Shown here: positions 1 through 10,944 of the stretch, piece after piece
Layout: every line of letters starts with the position of its first letter
Numbering within the stretch: position 1 is the stretch's first letter
NCBI GenBank assembly: GCA_001655205.1
Contig: LPNZ01008651.1
Span: 1 to 38,645, forward strand
Reading direction: 5' to 3'
Length of the DNA: 38,645 nucleotides
DNA from: Lenisia limosa
Taxonomy: Eukaryota > Protista > Breviatea
Notes under the pieces: generated by a model
Database searches by the model: none
The model's input: the letters and a program-made list of their open reading frames with translations, nothing else
What the model was told of the DNA's origin: nothing
Position numbers and translations under genes: made by a program

Positions 1-330
1 TGCATGCCAGGCGGACACCACATACTGTAGCACAACTCTCATGTCCTCATCTTGCACAAAGGGAAGGGACATGACGACAGACGACAGTTTATCGGTAAGT
101 CCGGTGAACAATATGGCAGCTACATCTCAGAAAATATGAGTAAAATGATTATCGAAGCAAATTTGAAGGATTAAATCGGGATTACTGAAGTAACTTAAAA
201 AAGAAGTTTCGAACGGTTTGAATGGTAGGATCTGGGAGGTGGCAAGGAAACATGTAGGGAGGTTGTAAACTGGTCAAATTACGTCGGAAATTAATAAAAC
301 CAGTATAATTAATGTAGTGGGAGTTACAAA
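1..330 (-). CDS. Possible multi-exon hypothetical gene running off the left edge
   Basis: Minus-strand segments read as plausible exons (LQPPYMFPCHLPDPTIQTVRNFFFKLL; AAILFTGLTDKLSSVVMSLPFVQDEDMRVVL) next to GT/AG sites. No family recognised; start not located. Confidence 0.25.
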
Positions 331-482
331 AGTTAAAGAAGGCGAAGAAATCTATTTCACCTCAAAAAACAATGAACTATGAGTAGCGGTGATTTGTCAG
401 CAGAACTGAACTACAGTAACCCAATTATTTTTCACGAAAATAATTTTTGGTTTTTGTTGATTTATTTTCTGTATTATTAGTG

Positions 483-1340
483 ATGTACGGTGGTGGTGTG
501 AATCGACGTGCTGGCGGTATGGAACTGGATGGTTGATTTTTGGTGACAAATATTTAGATTGGGATTGTCCTGGCTGTGGTGAGCTCTGTTTTGGCTCTAG
601 GAAGTCATGTTTCAAGGTGGGGAAATTTGTAGAGCGTTAGGAGATCTTTCAACCTTGAAAGCTCTGCTTTGCATGGATTTGGGTGGAGTAGGCATGTGGG
701 TGAATGTAGCATTAAGATGAGATGAGCTCCCTCAACAAATTCTTCCTAAAATAACTTGCCTAGTGCGGAACTCCTCGTGGTGATGGCGGAATGGCTAATG
801 AAGGCATGAACAACATGGGAGGAATGGGAATGGGTGGCATGAACATGGGAGCCATGGGGGGAATGGGAATGGGTGGGATGGGAATGGGTGGAATGGGAAT
901 GGGTGGTATGGGAGGAATGATGGGTGGCATGAACATGGGTGGCATGAACATGGGTGGCATGAACATGGGTGGTGGTATGGGTGGAATGGGAATGGGTGGT
1001 GGAGGAGGAGGAAACTACCAGTCCAACAGACGCCCTGGAGGTGAGCGAATAGAGTTATTATTATGATGCTTTCATTCATATATCCCAAGATTGTCGAAAA
1101 AAGAGCACTACTAACGTAATAGATTGGGATTGTCCATCTTGCAATGCTATGTGTTTTGCTTCCAAGACTTCTTGCTTCAAGTGCAACACCCCTCGTCCTT
1201 CGGATCGTGCGATGAGTAGTCAGTTCAATCAACAACAAAACGATCGTCGTCCTGGTGACTGGGATTGCCCCAATTGCAACTTCATGAACTTCCAGTCCAG
1301 AGGAAGCTGTTTCAAATGTAGTACCCGAAAGGAGGACTAG
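483..1340 (+). CDS. Triple RanBP2-type zinc-finger RNA-binding protein with Gly/Met-rich low-complexity region
   Basis: Exons 483-516, 558-616, 764-1040 and 1123-1340 join in frame: MYGGGVNRRAGDWDCPGCGELCFGSRKSCFKCGTPR-(GM-rich)-RRPGDWDCPSCNAMCFASKTSCFKCNTPR...RRPGDWDCPNCNFMNFQSRGSCFKCSTRKED*. Three W-x-C-x2-C-x10-C-x2-C fingers; TACTAAC branch site near 1109. Confidence 0.9.
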
Positions 1341-1989
1341 TTGTTCTCTTCTTAATATATATAGTCAAGTCAGCAAATTTACATTCTTAGAAAAGCCATA
1401 ATGTTATGATGTTATTCATCATTCAATCCAAATTCAATCAGGATGGCCTTTTAGGGGCCATTTAATTTCTGATAACCAGTGGGAATTTCTTATAACATCT
1501 GTAAAATTGCGAGATATGCACCATTTGGAGATAATACCTAACCTCTTTATCCCCCCTTAAAAAACTGTTTATCAATTGAATAAAACTTGCATTCCCGAGA
1601 AGGAAGGCTCGAGAGAGCAATGGAGAGAGTACGAAGACTGTTTCAGAGAAAGCAGGATGGATTTGGAAATTATTACTATGAAATAATAATATGGTCATAT
1701 CATTTTCTTCCCCTCTCCTCCCCTACCTTCTATAATTAAAAGGAATTTACTTCAGTTTTCAAATTAAAAGTGGGCTAGTCAAGGTGTTCAAATTTCTGAT
1801 TGAAACTTTTTTAGATGGATCACTAAATTCATTAAAAATGACATTGTTTGGGCTGTTTCTGCCACACGCACACACCAGTTATATTGGGGCATTTCAGATG
1901 CCTCTGATATTCTTTTTTTATTCCATTGTTGCACCACAATAAACGGTTATACATTTTGGTTCATATAATAAGTAAATTGTTGCTATGCA

Positions 1990-4900
1990 TCAGAGAGTTG
2001 ATAGTAAAAGAGAAGCAGCCTCATCAACATTCTCTTTGGTGGCTGAAAGGGCCTGGATCGCCTGTTCTCTCGAAAACCCAATTTCCAGCAAAAAGGCAAT
2101 TTTTTCCTGCACTTGGTCAAAAGATTGAAATATGATTTGGCAACAATTGTGATACCCTCTCACTTCAGTACTTGAAGGGGCTTCCGATGGGGTACTTCGA
2201 GATAATTCTGAATCTACAAATGGTGAAAACCTGTCTTTATGGAAACCCACAAACTCTTGGAAACCAGAGAAATGATACATTATTGACAGAGAGTTGGTAA
2301 AAAGAGTTGGTAAAAAGAGTTGGTTAAAAGAGTTGGAAAAAGAGTTGGTAAACTTTGACGACTTTAGATTCATGAAGGGCAGTGAAGTGATTGATCCATC
2401 AGTGAGTTTTTCCAGGATCAGCTGATCTTTTCCTTTGGATCATCACCAAATAAAACCAAGACAAAATCTCCACAGAGTGAATACGATCCTAATGAATAGA
2501 GCCCACTGAATTAAGTTATTTCCAAGCAATTTCACTTGGACTTGCCCGATTGGTCTTTTTGCTCCGCTAACTTGAACTTTCCGTTGCTACGGCATCACGT
2601 TTGCTTCACTTCGTTCCACTAAACTCGTAGCCTCCACTTAGGAAAAGTTTCGTGAGGGTGTTTATCAGATCACCCCCTTTTAAGTGATGTAGTCTTTAGT
2701 AATATCATATATAAAAAGAAAGTCAACATTGTCAAATTTCTCGTCCTCGGTCGGGTTGCTTTCCTTCTTAGAGGAGTCTTCTCACTCGCTACTTCCACTC
2801 GAACAATGCACTACGTTCCAGCTTCATTCCCACTGGAGGTAGCTCGTGAGAAGGTCCTCTTATACTCCCTCCATATAGAATGTTCTTTTCCGTCCTAGAT
2901 TGGCTCAACTGCTCACTTGGTTCTTTAGCGTCTGAAGAAGGCGTTGAAGGCTGGGGCAACACCTGGCTCTTGGCAGTGTCTTCTTCTTCTTCAAGCTGTG
3001 GGAGAGGAGGAGGGGGTGATAAATAAATATTTTAGCAAAATATTTTGGGCAAACAAGAGGGTCCAGCATAAAATGGTAATTCATGAAACTAAAACTGAAC
3101 TTTTAAAATATCAACTTGCGTCGAATACTATATTACTGGCGAGGCCAGAATGATCATTTTGTAGTTCATCAAGTCTTTTTTTGCAAAGCTGAAACTAGTT
3201 TCAAGTTCTTTTTTACAGTAACCTAAAACTGAACGGGTTTTGATTCCTTAAACGAAGATATACCCAACCCCGCCAACAGCACGTTTCAGCTTCTTTGGAA
3301 TCTCGCCTTCAGACAAAAATGGAACACTCCCACTACCTTAAAGGGTGAAGAGAGTTGGTACCATATAGTAGTATCTGATATGTGTAGAGAGGTGAAATAA
3401 AAATTGGTGGAACCTGGTTGAAGCCGTCCACACCATCACGCTTATCAAGGTATTGGATTATATTCACCCAATTTTTGCCTTACAACCATCCCAGCTTTCT
3501 GCGTGCCTCCCCAGCATACCTACAAGGTTTAGTTTCATGAATTAAGATATTACCTCTACACAATAACCCAGTGGGCCCTCCTAATCCGTCTTGCGCCACG
3601 GATTCAGGAAGGTCCAGAGTTAGAATTGGAGGATATGAAGAGGATTATTGAAGCCGAATAGAAGAAGTAAGTCGACACCACTATCATGAACATGATGCTG
3701 TTGCCTTGAGGTTCGAAAAAGTGAGCACGACATCTTTTATGCTTCCTTGCTCTATGTGTTATAGCATCATATTCTACTTCATGGAAGAGGGGCCACTCCC
3801 ACCTCCCTCCATAGGGGGGGAGGTAAGATTACCCTTATGTGGCATGTTGCATCATGTTCAATATTACCCTTATGTCGCATGTTGCATCATCCCCCATTAT
3901 TCAGCGCTCATTATTTGGAGGGCTACCCCAAAGCAATATGTAATTGTATCTGGTATCCTCCTGAAATGCCGTGTAAATATGCTCAATCAAGTATTACATC
4001 ATATGTTATGTATTTCAACACAATAGCAAATATCATACCTATTTTGAGGCAGTTCTCTTTCAGATCAACACAGCACTGGTGTCGTTTCATGTTATCAAGA
4101 CCCTGCAATATGAAAAGATGATTCTTGATGTTTCCAATTTTAGGGTTTATTCTAATTATAATATATCATATCATATGATGATATACATTATATATTATAT
4201 GATATACTATATACGTTTAGCTATATATATCTGATATATACATTATTTTGTCTTACCAGGATGAAAGGGATGCTACTATTCTCCAGAACAGTTAGAGAGA
4301 CGTCAATTATTTGTCCTATAAATCAGAAGTGTAAGAACAATGTACTGTTTGACTATTGATGCCTTGATATTGTGTATTTATTAATTTGATATCTTTCAGC
4401 AATTTAAATATCTCCAAAGAATTGTAGCAGCAAACCTCCAAGAGTTAACTCGGCTGCATGGATACGCCCCAAAATCTTGCCTTGACCAACCCCCTTGAGG
4501 GTAATAATGAAAGGTCAAACACGGTTCTTGAATAAAAAATTCATACATTTCAACAATGTGATTGACGATAATACTATCATATAATATCTTATAAGCTATC
4601 CCAGATCTTTTCCTTGCTGTAATTATCGCTTATTGTTAAAATATGATCTTACTAAAGACTTATAGAAAGAATTGTTTGGATGAGATTCTCTCTTAAAAAG
4701 AGGTGATCATAATGATCACCCACTTATCACTTGCTGGATGGATATTATTTTTAGATTTACATGTCACTCAATTTTATGCTGTTGTTAGCATATCATATCT
4801 CGTCACTCTGTATATCGATATGGGCTAAATTTGGGTCATTTTCAACGGATTACTCTTCCACTTGTAAATATGTGTTGAATATAGCATATCATATAGTATT

Positions 4901-7900
4901 ATATGTATATGATAGTATATATATCAATATATATGTGCTACCGGCCAAAAACCCCACCATTAAATCATTTTCCCGCCATTAAATCATTTTTCCGTCAAAT
5001 TATCTTTTTGGTGATTGTTTACAATGTTACTCCAGATGTTTTCTCAGTTTCTGTTTTTGCTTGTTAATAGTGAATAGAAATAGCAAGATCCTATTGTAAC
5101 CAAAATAATTAGAACAAAATATATCAAAAAAAAAAATACCAAATAAATGCACAAAAACAACCACTATCAATTTTTGCGTGGCTTCTTTGGAGCTGGAGTT
5201 GCTTTTTTCTTTGTTTTAGTCTTGAGGTTGTCTTCAAACTTGTTCAAACCTCCGACATCCAGACAAGTTGCGTGGTTGACAAATAAACCTGTTTTTGTTG
5301 ACAGTTTACACTTTCTCACAGGTTTTACCTTCAGCTCATCAATCCAAAATCACTATGAGAGATATGGTACAATTCAATCACCAGATTTACAACGTTTCTT
5401 ACCTGTCCCTTTTCCAGTACAACAGCTCTCTGTCCAGGCTTGATAAAATCAGAATGTTCTTCATCATCATCAACTCTTGCAATTGCTTGTTGAGCAAGGG
5501 CCTGTTCAAAGGTGATGTCGTTCATTTTTTTACTTCTTGCACATCAGTTCGAAACAGAGTGACTTCTTCGGTAGTTGACTTCAATAAGAATTTGTCCCTT
5601 AGTGTAGACCTTGGGATATTTACAGCGTATCCGCTGTGGGTTGGAAAAACCAAAAAAGAAGATAGACCATATGGCGAATTTGGTGGTAAATTTAAAAAAT
5701 CGGTAGCGGCAATATCAACATAGGTTTCGATCTCTTGAGGGGAGAGATACTCTTTCCAGTTACCGTTTTCAACATCCATATCCCTCAACTTGTTTTCATA
5801 GTAGTTGGGTTTGGTTGGTCTCCCTTTCTAAAAAGGTGAGAAGTTATCAAATTGGTCGTAAAAAACATCCTAAAACGGGAACAAAAAGATTCAGAAATGT
5901 GCGGTGGCGATGCAAAAAAAGCACCTCTCTGCTTTCCGCAATATGGCTTATTTTTTATGCGGTAAATTTCTACAATCATATATTTGACCANNNNNNNNNN
6001 AAAACGGGAACAAAAAGATTCAGAAATGTGCGGTGGCGATGCAAAAAAAGCACCTCTCGGCTTTCCGCAATATGGCTTATTTTTTATGCGGTAAATTTCT
6101 ACAATCATATATTTGACCAAAAATGATGGGGACAGGGGGTGAAAAATTTTTTTAAAAAAAATAAATAGAGACCCGGGTACCCGGGTAAAAATAAAATATC
6201 TTTCTTACTGTTACACACCATATATTGTCCAATATCCACTATCAAAACTATTTCGTCTGAATGTTGTTCCAGTTCCATAATTAAAAAAAGTCGATGATAA
6301 AGGAAAATGAAGGGGGGAAAAAAAAGGTCACTTAAATATCCCCGGGTACCATTTTTTGAGGTACCCGGGTAAAAAAATTAAAAACTCCAAAACGGATGTT
6401 TTGAACGCATTTCCCAAAAAATGTCATTTTTGGTGATTTAGCCCGTCTCGAATATTTTGACTTTGCAAAAAAAAACACCCACTATTTCAGATATTTCCCC
6501 CCAATTCTAACGTTTACAACCTAAAAAATATTATATTTTGATATTTTTGTATAGCTGTAGGTTGTTCTAGTTCCAAATTTAATATTTAATGGCAAACGAG
6601 CAAACATATGATTAAAATAGTGTGAAAAAAGCACCAAAAATGAATTAATGGCGGGAAAATGATTTAATGGTAGGGTTTTTGGCCGGTAGCATAAGGCGAC
6701 CCCCCTGAGTGCGAATTCCAACCTGAGTGCGAATTTTTTAATTTTTTTAANNNNNNNNNNCATATACACTTCAAACCTTTTGTATTTCGTCTGCATGTTG
6801 TTCCAGTTCCATAATTAAAAAAAGTCGATGATAAAGGAAAATGAAGGGGAAAAAAAAAGGTCACTTAAATACCCCCGGGTACCATTTTTTGAGGTACCCG
6901 GGTAAAAAAATTAAAAAAATTAAAAACTCCAAAACGGATGTTTTGAACGCTCATTTCCCAAAAAAATGTCATTTTTGGTGATTTAGCCCGTCTCGAATAT
7001 TTTGACTTTGCAAAAAAAACACCCACTATTTCAGATATTTCCCCCAATTCTAACGTTTACAACCTAAAAAATATTATATTTTGATATTTTTGTATAGCTG
7101 TAGGTTGTTCTAGTTCCAAATTTAATATTTAATGGCAAACGAGCAAACATATGATAAAAATAGTGTGAAAAAGCACCAAAAATGTATTAATGGCGGGAAA
7201 ATGATGTTTAATGGCGGGGTTTTTGGCCGGTAGCATGTATGAATTATTGCTCAAAAGTTGATGTATAATTACAATTAATTATTTTTTTTAAAAAAAACCA
7301 GACTGAAATGTAAGCGGAAAACAGATTGTTCACCCCATATTTGCTATACCCAACTACTCTATGGTCTTAAGTGATCAAAACACAAGCACATTTACAATTA
7401 CAATTCCCTCAAACAGAAGCAATGCCTTGGAATCTCCTGTCCATGAGGTGTAACACGTGATACTCTTCAGCAATCTTTTGGGAAATAATAGTCATTTGTG
7501 CACCTAAGGAGTAATTGGGTAGAAGATGAGTATTAATAATATTATATCAAAAGTAGCCTTCACTGACCAGTATCAACGAATACAGTCAGAGGTTTATTGT
7601 TTAAAGTGGCGGAGACGTAGAGCATAACGATCTCGCCAAAGAGCTCAGGGTTTTCTTCCATTGCCTGAAACATAGGAACGTTGTATCAGATATTGAAGCA
7701 CACTATTCTTTTTTTACATCAAATTGAATATCGATATGATCTCTTCCAATTTTGTCTGTTTTACTCCCTTTTCAAATATGTTTACTCTCTAATCAAAAAG
7801 ATAATTAACATTAATCAATTCAACCTATATATATGTATATATCTTCAATTTTTAATCCGAGAATATGTTAGTTTGATAAAAACAAGCATATCCACAGACC

Positions 7901-8948
7901 TTCTCGTATGATCTCATCACATTCTCCTTTTGCATTTTCTCTAAAAGAAGTCGCTGACCTTCAGGATTGTTGGGATCTGCCATAATTCTCTGACCCATGA
8001 AAACGATAAACTCATCCTCGTACCTCATTCTCCATATTCTTTTTATAATCTTCATCTGCCGCTTTCTTTTGCTCAATAATCAGCTCCGAAACCTAAATCA
8101 ACGATTATAGTTTCCTTATAAAAGGGAGAGTATGGATGGATTCTGTCAAAAGACAATTACTATCTAATTTCTTATCAAACCTTATTAATATTGTTTCCCA
8201 CAACTGCTTCATAGAGAGGTGGATGGTACTAAGAAGTTAATAAAAATGAGAACAGCCATTTAAAGTTATTTCAATTTCCCACAGCGAATCAATATTACAC
8301 TTGTATTAAAGTCACAAGAGTAAGGCAGCATATACATAACACTGTCGATTCTCTGCATTTCTATACATTCCAGGGCTGTAATGACCTCTGTCAACCGCAA
8401 ACAAATTTCATTTGTGCAAAGTTGGGATCCTTCTTTAATTTGGCTATGGTTTCGATAGCTTCTAGAAGAGTTTAAAAATAAAGGAAATGCCAGCTAACCT
8501 TGCTTGGCTACTTCTTCCATTGACATGATCTGAGGAGTCCCAACACTGAAACAGTGAAACTCTTTCTCACGATATTCCAGCTTCTATCCTCCATACATAA
8601 CCGCTTCAATTGTGTCTCCTGGTTTCAGAACTTGACCAACTAAGATTCCTGGTGCAATTCCGCGATTTGTATAACAACTTCAAAGTTATAAAATTGTTAC
8701 TCCTACTTGACGAGGGAGAGGACCATCACTTTTGTGCGTTTTGAAACTTCACTCATGAGCTGACTAATCTTAATATAAAATAACTATAACTATGCAATTT
8801 TTCAACCAACTGGCATCATTGGCACATACGGCATCTTAATTTGCAATGAGGGCGTCAATTTTATGATAATGTCCATTTGGAAAATTGATGTTAATGACAA
8901 TTCGTGAATATCTCAACTGTATCACCACACTCCTCCTGAATCACTCAT
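1990..8948 (-). CDS. DDI1: DDI1-like protein (UBL - retroviral-like aspartyl protease - UBA)
   Basis: Spliced peptide DPNNPEGQRLLLEKMQKENVMRSYEK|AMEENPELFGEIVMLYVSATLNNKPLTVFVDT|GAQMTIISQKIAEEYHVLHLMDRRFQGIAS|GVGQGKILGRIHAAELTLG|GQIIDVSLTVLENSSIPFIL|GLDNMKRHQCCVDLKENCLKI|GSGSVPFLSEGEIP...EKIAFLLEIGFSREQAIQALSATKENVDEAASLLL*. This matches the Ddi1 protease (catalytic DTGAQ) plus a C-terminal UBA. Long introns at 2214-2916, 3337-4038 and 4494-7414. N-terminal exons and start are uncertain. Confidence 0.9.
2288..2352. repeat. 12-bp tandem repeat (about 5 copies of AGAGTTGGTAAA) in a DDI1 intron
   Basis: agagttggtaaaa agagttggtaaaa agagttggttaaa agagttggaaaa agagttggtaaa is directly visible (12-13 bp units). 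Confidence 0.9.
3828..3891. repeat. Direct repeat ATTACCCTTATGTSGCATGTTGCATCAT x2 in a DDI1 intron
   Basis: Two near-identical ~28-bp copies about 36 bp apart. Confidence 0.85.
4937..7234. mobile_element. Non-autonomous TIR DNA transposon with 4-bp target-site duplication (ATGT)
   Basis: Left end 4937 GCTACCGGCCAAAAACCCCACCATTAAATCATTTTCCCGCCATTA; right end ...TAATGGCGGGAAAATGATGTTTAATGGCGGGGTTTTTGGCCGGTAGC 7234 is its reverse complement (~50 bp). ATGT flanks both ends (4933-4936, 7235-7238). Two 10-N gaps with duplicated flanks inflate the apparent length. Confidence 0.8.
5167..5827 (-). pseudogene. Cargo gene of the TIR element, one frameshift at an A7 run; unknown basic, probably nuclear protein
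   Basis: KGRPTKPNYYENKLRDMDVENGNWKEYLSP...DVQEVKK, then -1 frame MNDITFEQALAQQ...VLEKGQ, intron 5329-5402 (GTAAGA...GAAG), then VKPVRKCKLSTKTGLFVNHATCLDVGGLNKFEDNLKTKTKKKATPAPKKPRKN*. First exon unresolved. Confidence 0.6.
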
Positions 8949-9329
8949 CAGTTCACTCAAATCCTCAAATCACTCACTTTTGGCCTTTTGGCAAGGCTGG
9001 TCAACAAGGGGAAAAGGATGCTAAACACCGCACCGGGGCATTCCCCCCCCCCCCNNNNNNNNNNNNNNNNNNNNNNNNNNNNNNNNNNNNNNNNNNNNNN
9101 NNNNNNNNNNNNNNNNNNNNNNNNNNNNNNNCACAACTTCCCTTCAATTGCCTCTTTGCCACTTCCAGCCCAGCCCACCACCATCCATCCCAATCCACCC
9201 AACCTCCCCACAGTTGCTCACCCACCCAATAACAACCGAGCTAAGCCTCCCAGTACTCACGCTCACCGCCCTCGACCTTCACTCTCCTTGAAAACAAAAT
9301 TGATAGACTGACGGACTGACTCTTGTAAC

Positions 9330-10783
9330 ATGGACTGTAAGTGGTTAATTTTTAAGATTTACCAGAATAGTTCATTTTGGGGAGTATGGCGAGAGGGATG
9401 ATGAGGTTATTTTTGATGTGTATGCATCACCGACATCCCCTCCTTCACCAACACTCAAAACAAGACGAGGAACTAGAAGAGAGTTGACTCCTGAACCAGA
9501 GGTGGCAGGCAGTCCGATGGACATCTTTTATGGTGGGTCCGCATCCCGAAGTCCCACTCCAGATGACATTGTCGTTGTCAAGCGAAAGTGAGTTGGAGGG
9601 AGTTGTTCACCAATTTCAGCTTTCTCCACTAGATTTGCTATATGACATCGTTTCGCCCATTTGCTTTTGTTCATGAAGAAATGGAAAATATGTTAACTTT
9701 GTAGCTCATGTTCAGCAGCTGGTGGTACTGCTCTCATGACTCCAATAACTGCTCTTGATGTGAAAAGTTCTCAAACAACCCAGGAGCTTGCTGTTCCTTC
9801 CTCACAAACTAATGACCATATTATTCCTGAATCGCAGGTCTCAGTTGACCCAAGGTACTTAATTGATTCACCTGATGAAGAGTACAATGCAAATCGTAAG
9901 CTTAATTCTGGGTTACTTTTTAGGACCACGCACAAGGCAATCTGGTAAGATAAAGGAGAGAGGCCCCAAAACAGTTTGTGTATTCTTAATAAAATAGCCA
10001 CAAATATCTTTGAGCTTTAGTAAACCTAAAGTTATTAAGCAATCTTTAAGGAATGCAAGGAATACAAAGAAAAAAGATGATAGGAAAGTGCAAACCACTT
10101 TAACCTTTCTTCCTAGGTTTGTTTATGACCATTGCGTTCTTATCACTTTTTAGAAAAGAAAAAACTCCTCCACCAACCGCCACACGTGAAGAACTGTTGT
10201 CCCCTTCAGAGTCACCAGAGGGCAAAATTGGGGCAAACTCCAGAGTATGTTCTCAAATAATTTTGGATCAGGAATGCCTGAAAAGTCAGTCAAAGCATTT
10301 GGTGGAGCCGACAGATTTCGTTTATTCAGATGATCTTAGTCAAGCCAGACCAAGGCGGTTGTTTTCTTCCCAGTCCAACGCCAGAGATGGAACCAATGAG
10401 GAAGCACCTTTAGAAGGAACTTATTTTGAGACTCTTCCCAAGCGAAGAAGATCAACAGCTCGAGAGGGAACTAACCCAGAGGAGCTTGTAGTCAAGCATA
10501 AAAACCTGACTTTTCTTGAGATAACAACACCTGAAGCAGTGGTTGGCGGTGTATAATATATCTTGTAACCTTCTTGTAGTTAATAAATAAACGAAGTACA
10601 CTTCCGAAAGAAGACGTTATGTCCCCTGTATTGCCTTCCCAGCAGGAAGTAAGTTTAATTTTCCATTGACTTATCACAGGAATCCCAATGTTCAAGCTAT
10701 CACGACTTTGAGTACGTGCCCAGTGATTTTGCAATGGTTTGAAAGGGTTCCAACTCTAGATTGTAACGTATATAAAAGCATAG
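9330..10783 (+). CDS. Hypothetical Ser/Thr-Pro-rich, low-complexity multi-exon protein
   Basis: ATG 9330, then exons FHFGEYGERDDEVIFDVYASPTSPPSPTLKTRRG..., MTPITALDVKSSQ..., PQISLSFSKPKVIKQSLRNARNTKKKDDRKVQTTLTFLP and EKTPPPTATREELLSPSESPEGK... flanked by GT/AG. 3' end uncertain (10556 or later). Confidence 0.55.
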
Positions 10784-10944
10784 CACATCCATCTAATATC
10801 AGTTTAAAATCTTCTATTTTGGTGGTCATCCAATCATATTATTTTCACACATGTGACACCTATGTGCCTCCTTGGGATTTTCCCTTTCACTTTTTCGAAC
10901 CTGCCCTAGGGAACGAGGAAAAAAAACTCGTGGTTTTCTTATAG

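Noticed and set aside
760-1238. Antisense Pro/Met- and His/Cys-rich ORFs (760-966, 795-1238)
   Set aside because: Shadow frames of the GM-rich repeat on the plus strand.
1440-1700. Coding-like stretch between the zinc-finger gene and DDI1
   Set aside because: Short frames on both strands with no start/splice support or homology.
5877-6120. Near-exact ~115-bp duplication and the ORFs spanning it
   Set aside because: The copies flank a 10-N scaffold gap; typical unmerged-overlap artefact.
7240-7414. DDI1 as a pseudogene truncated by the transposon
   Set aside because: The missing protease exons resume in frame at 4493 and continue to the UBA domain, so the element is intronic.
9041-9131. Poly-C/poly-G runs (also 23401-23407 and ~38621-38633) as G-quadruplex or regulatory elements
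   Set aside because: Two abut N gaps and one is near the window end; likely sequencing or assembly artefacts.
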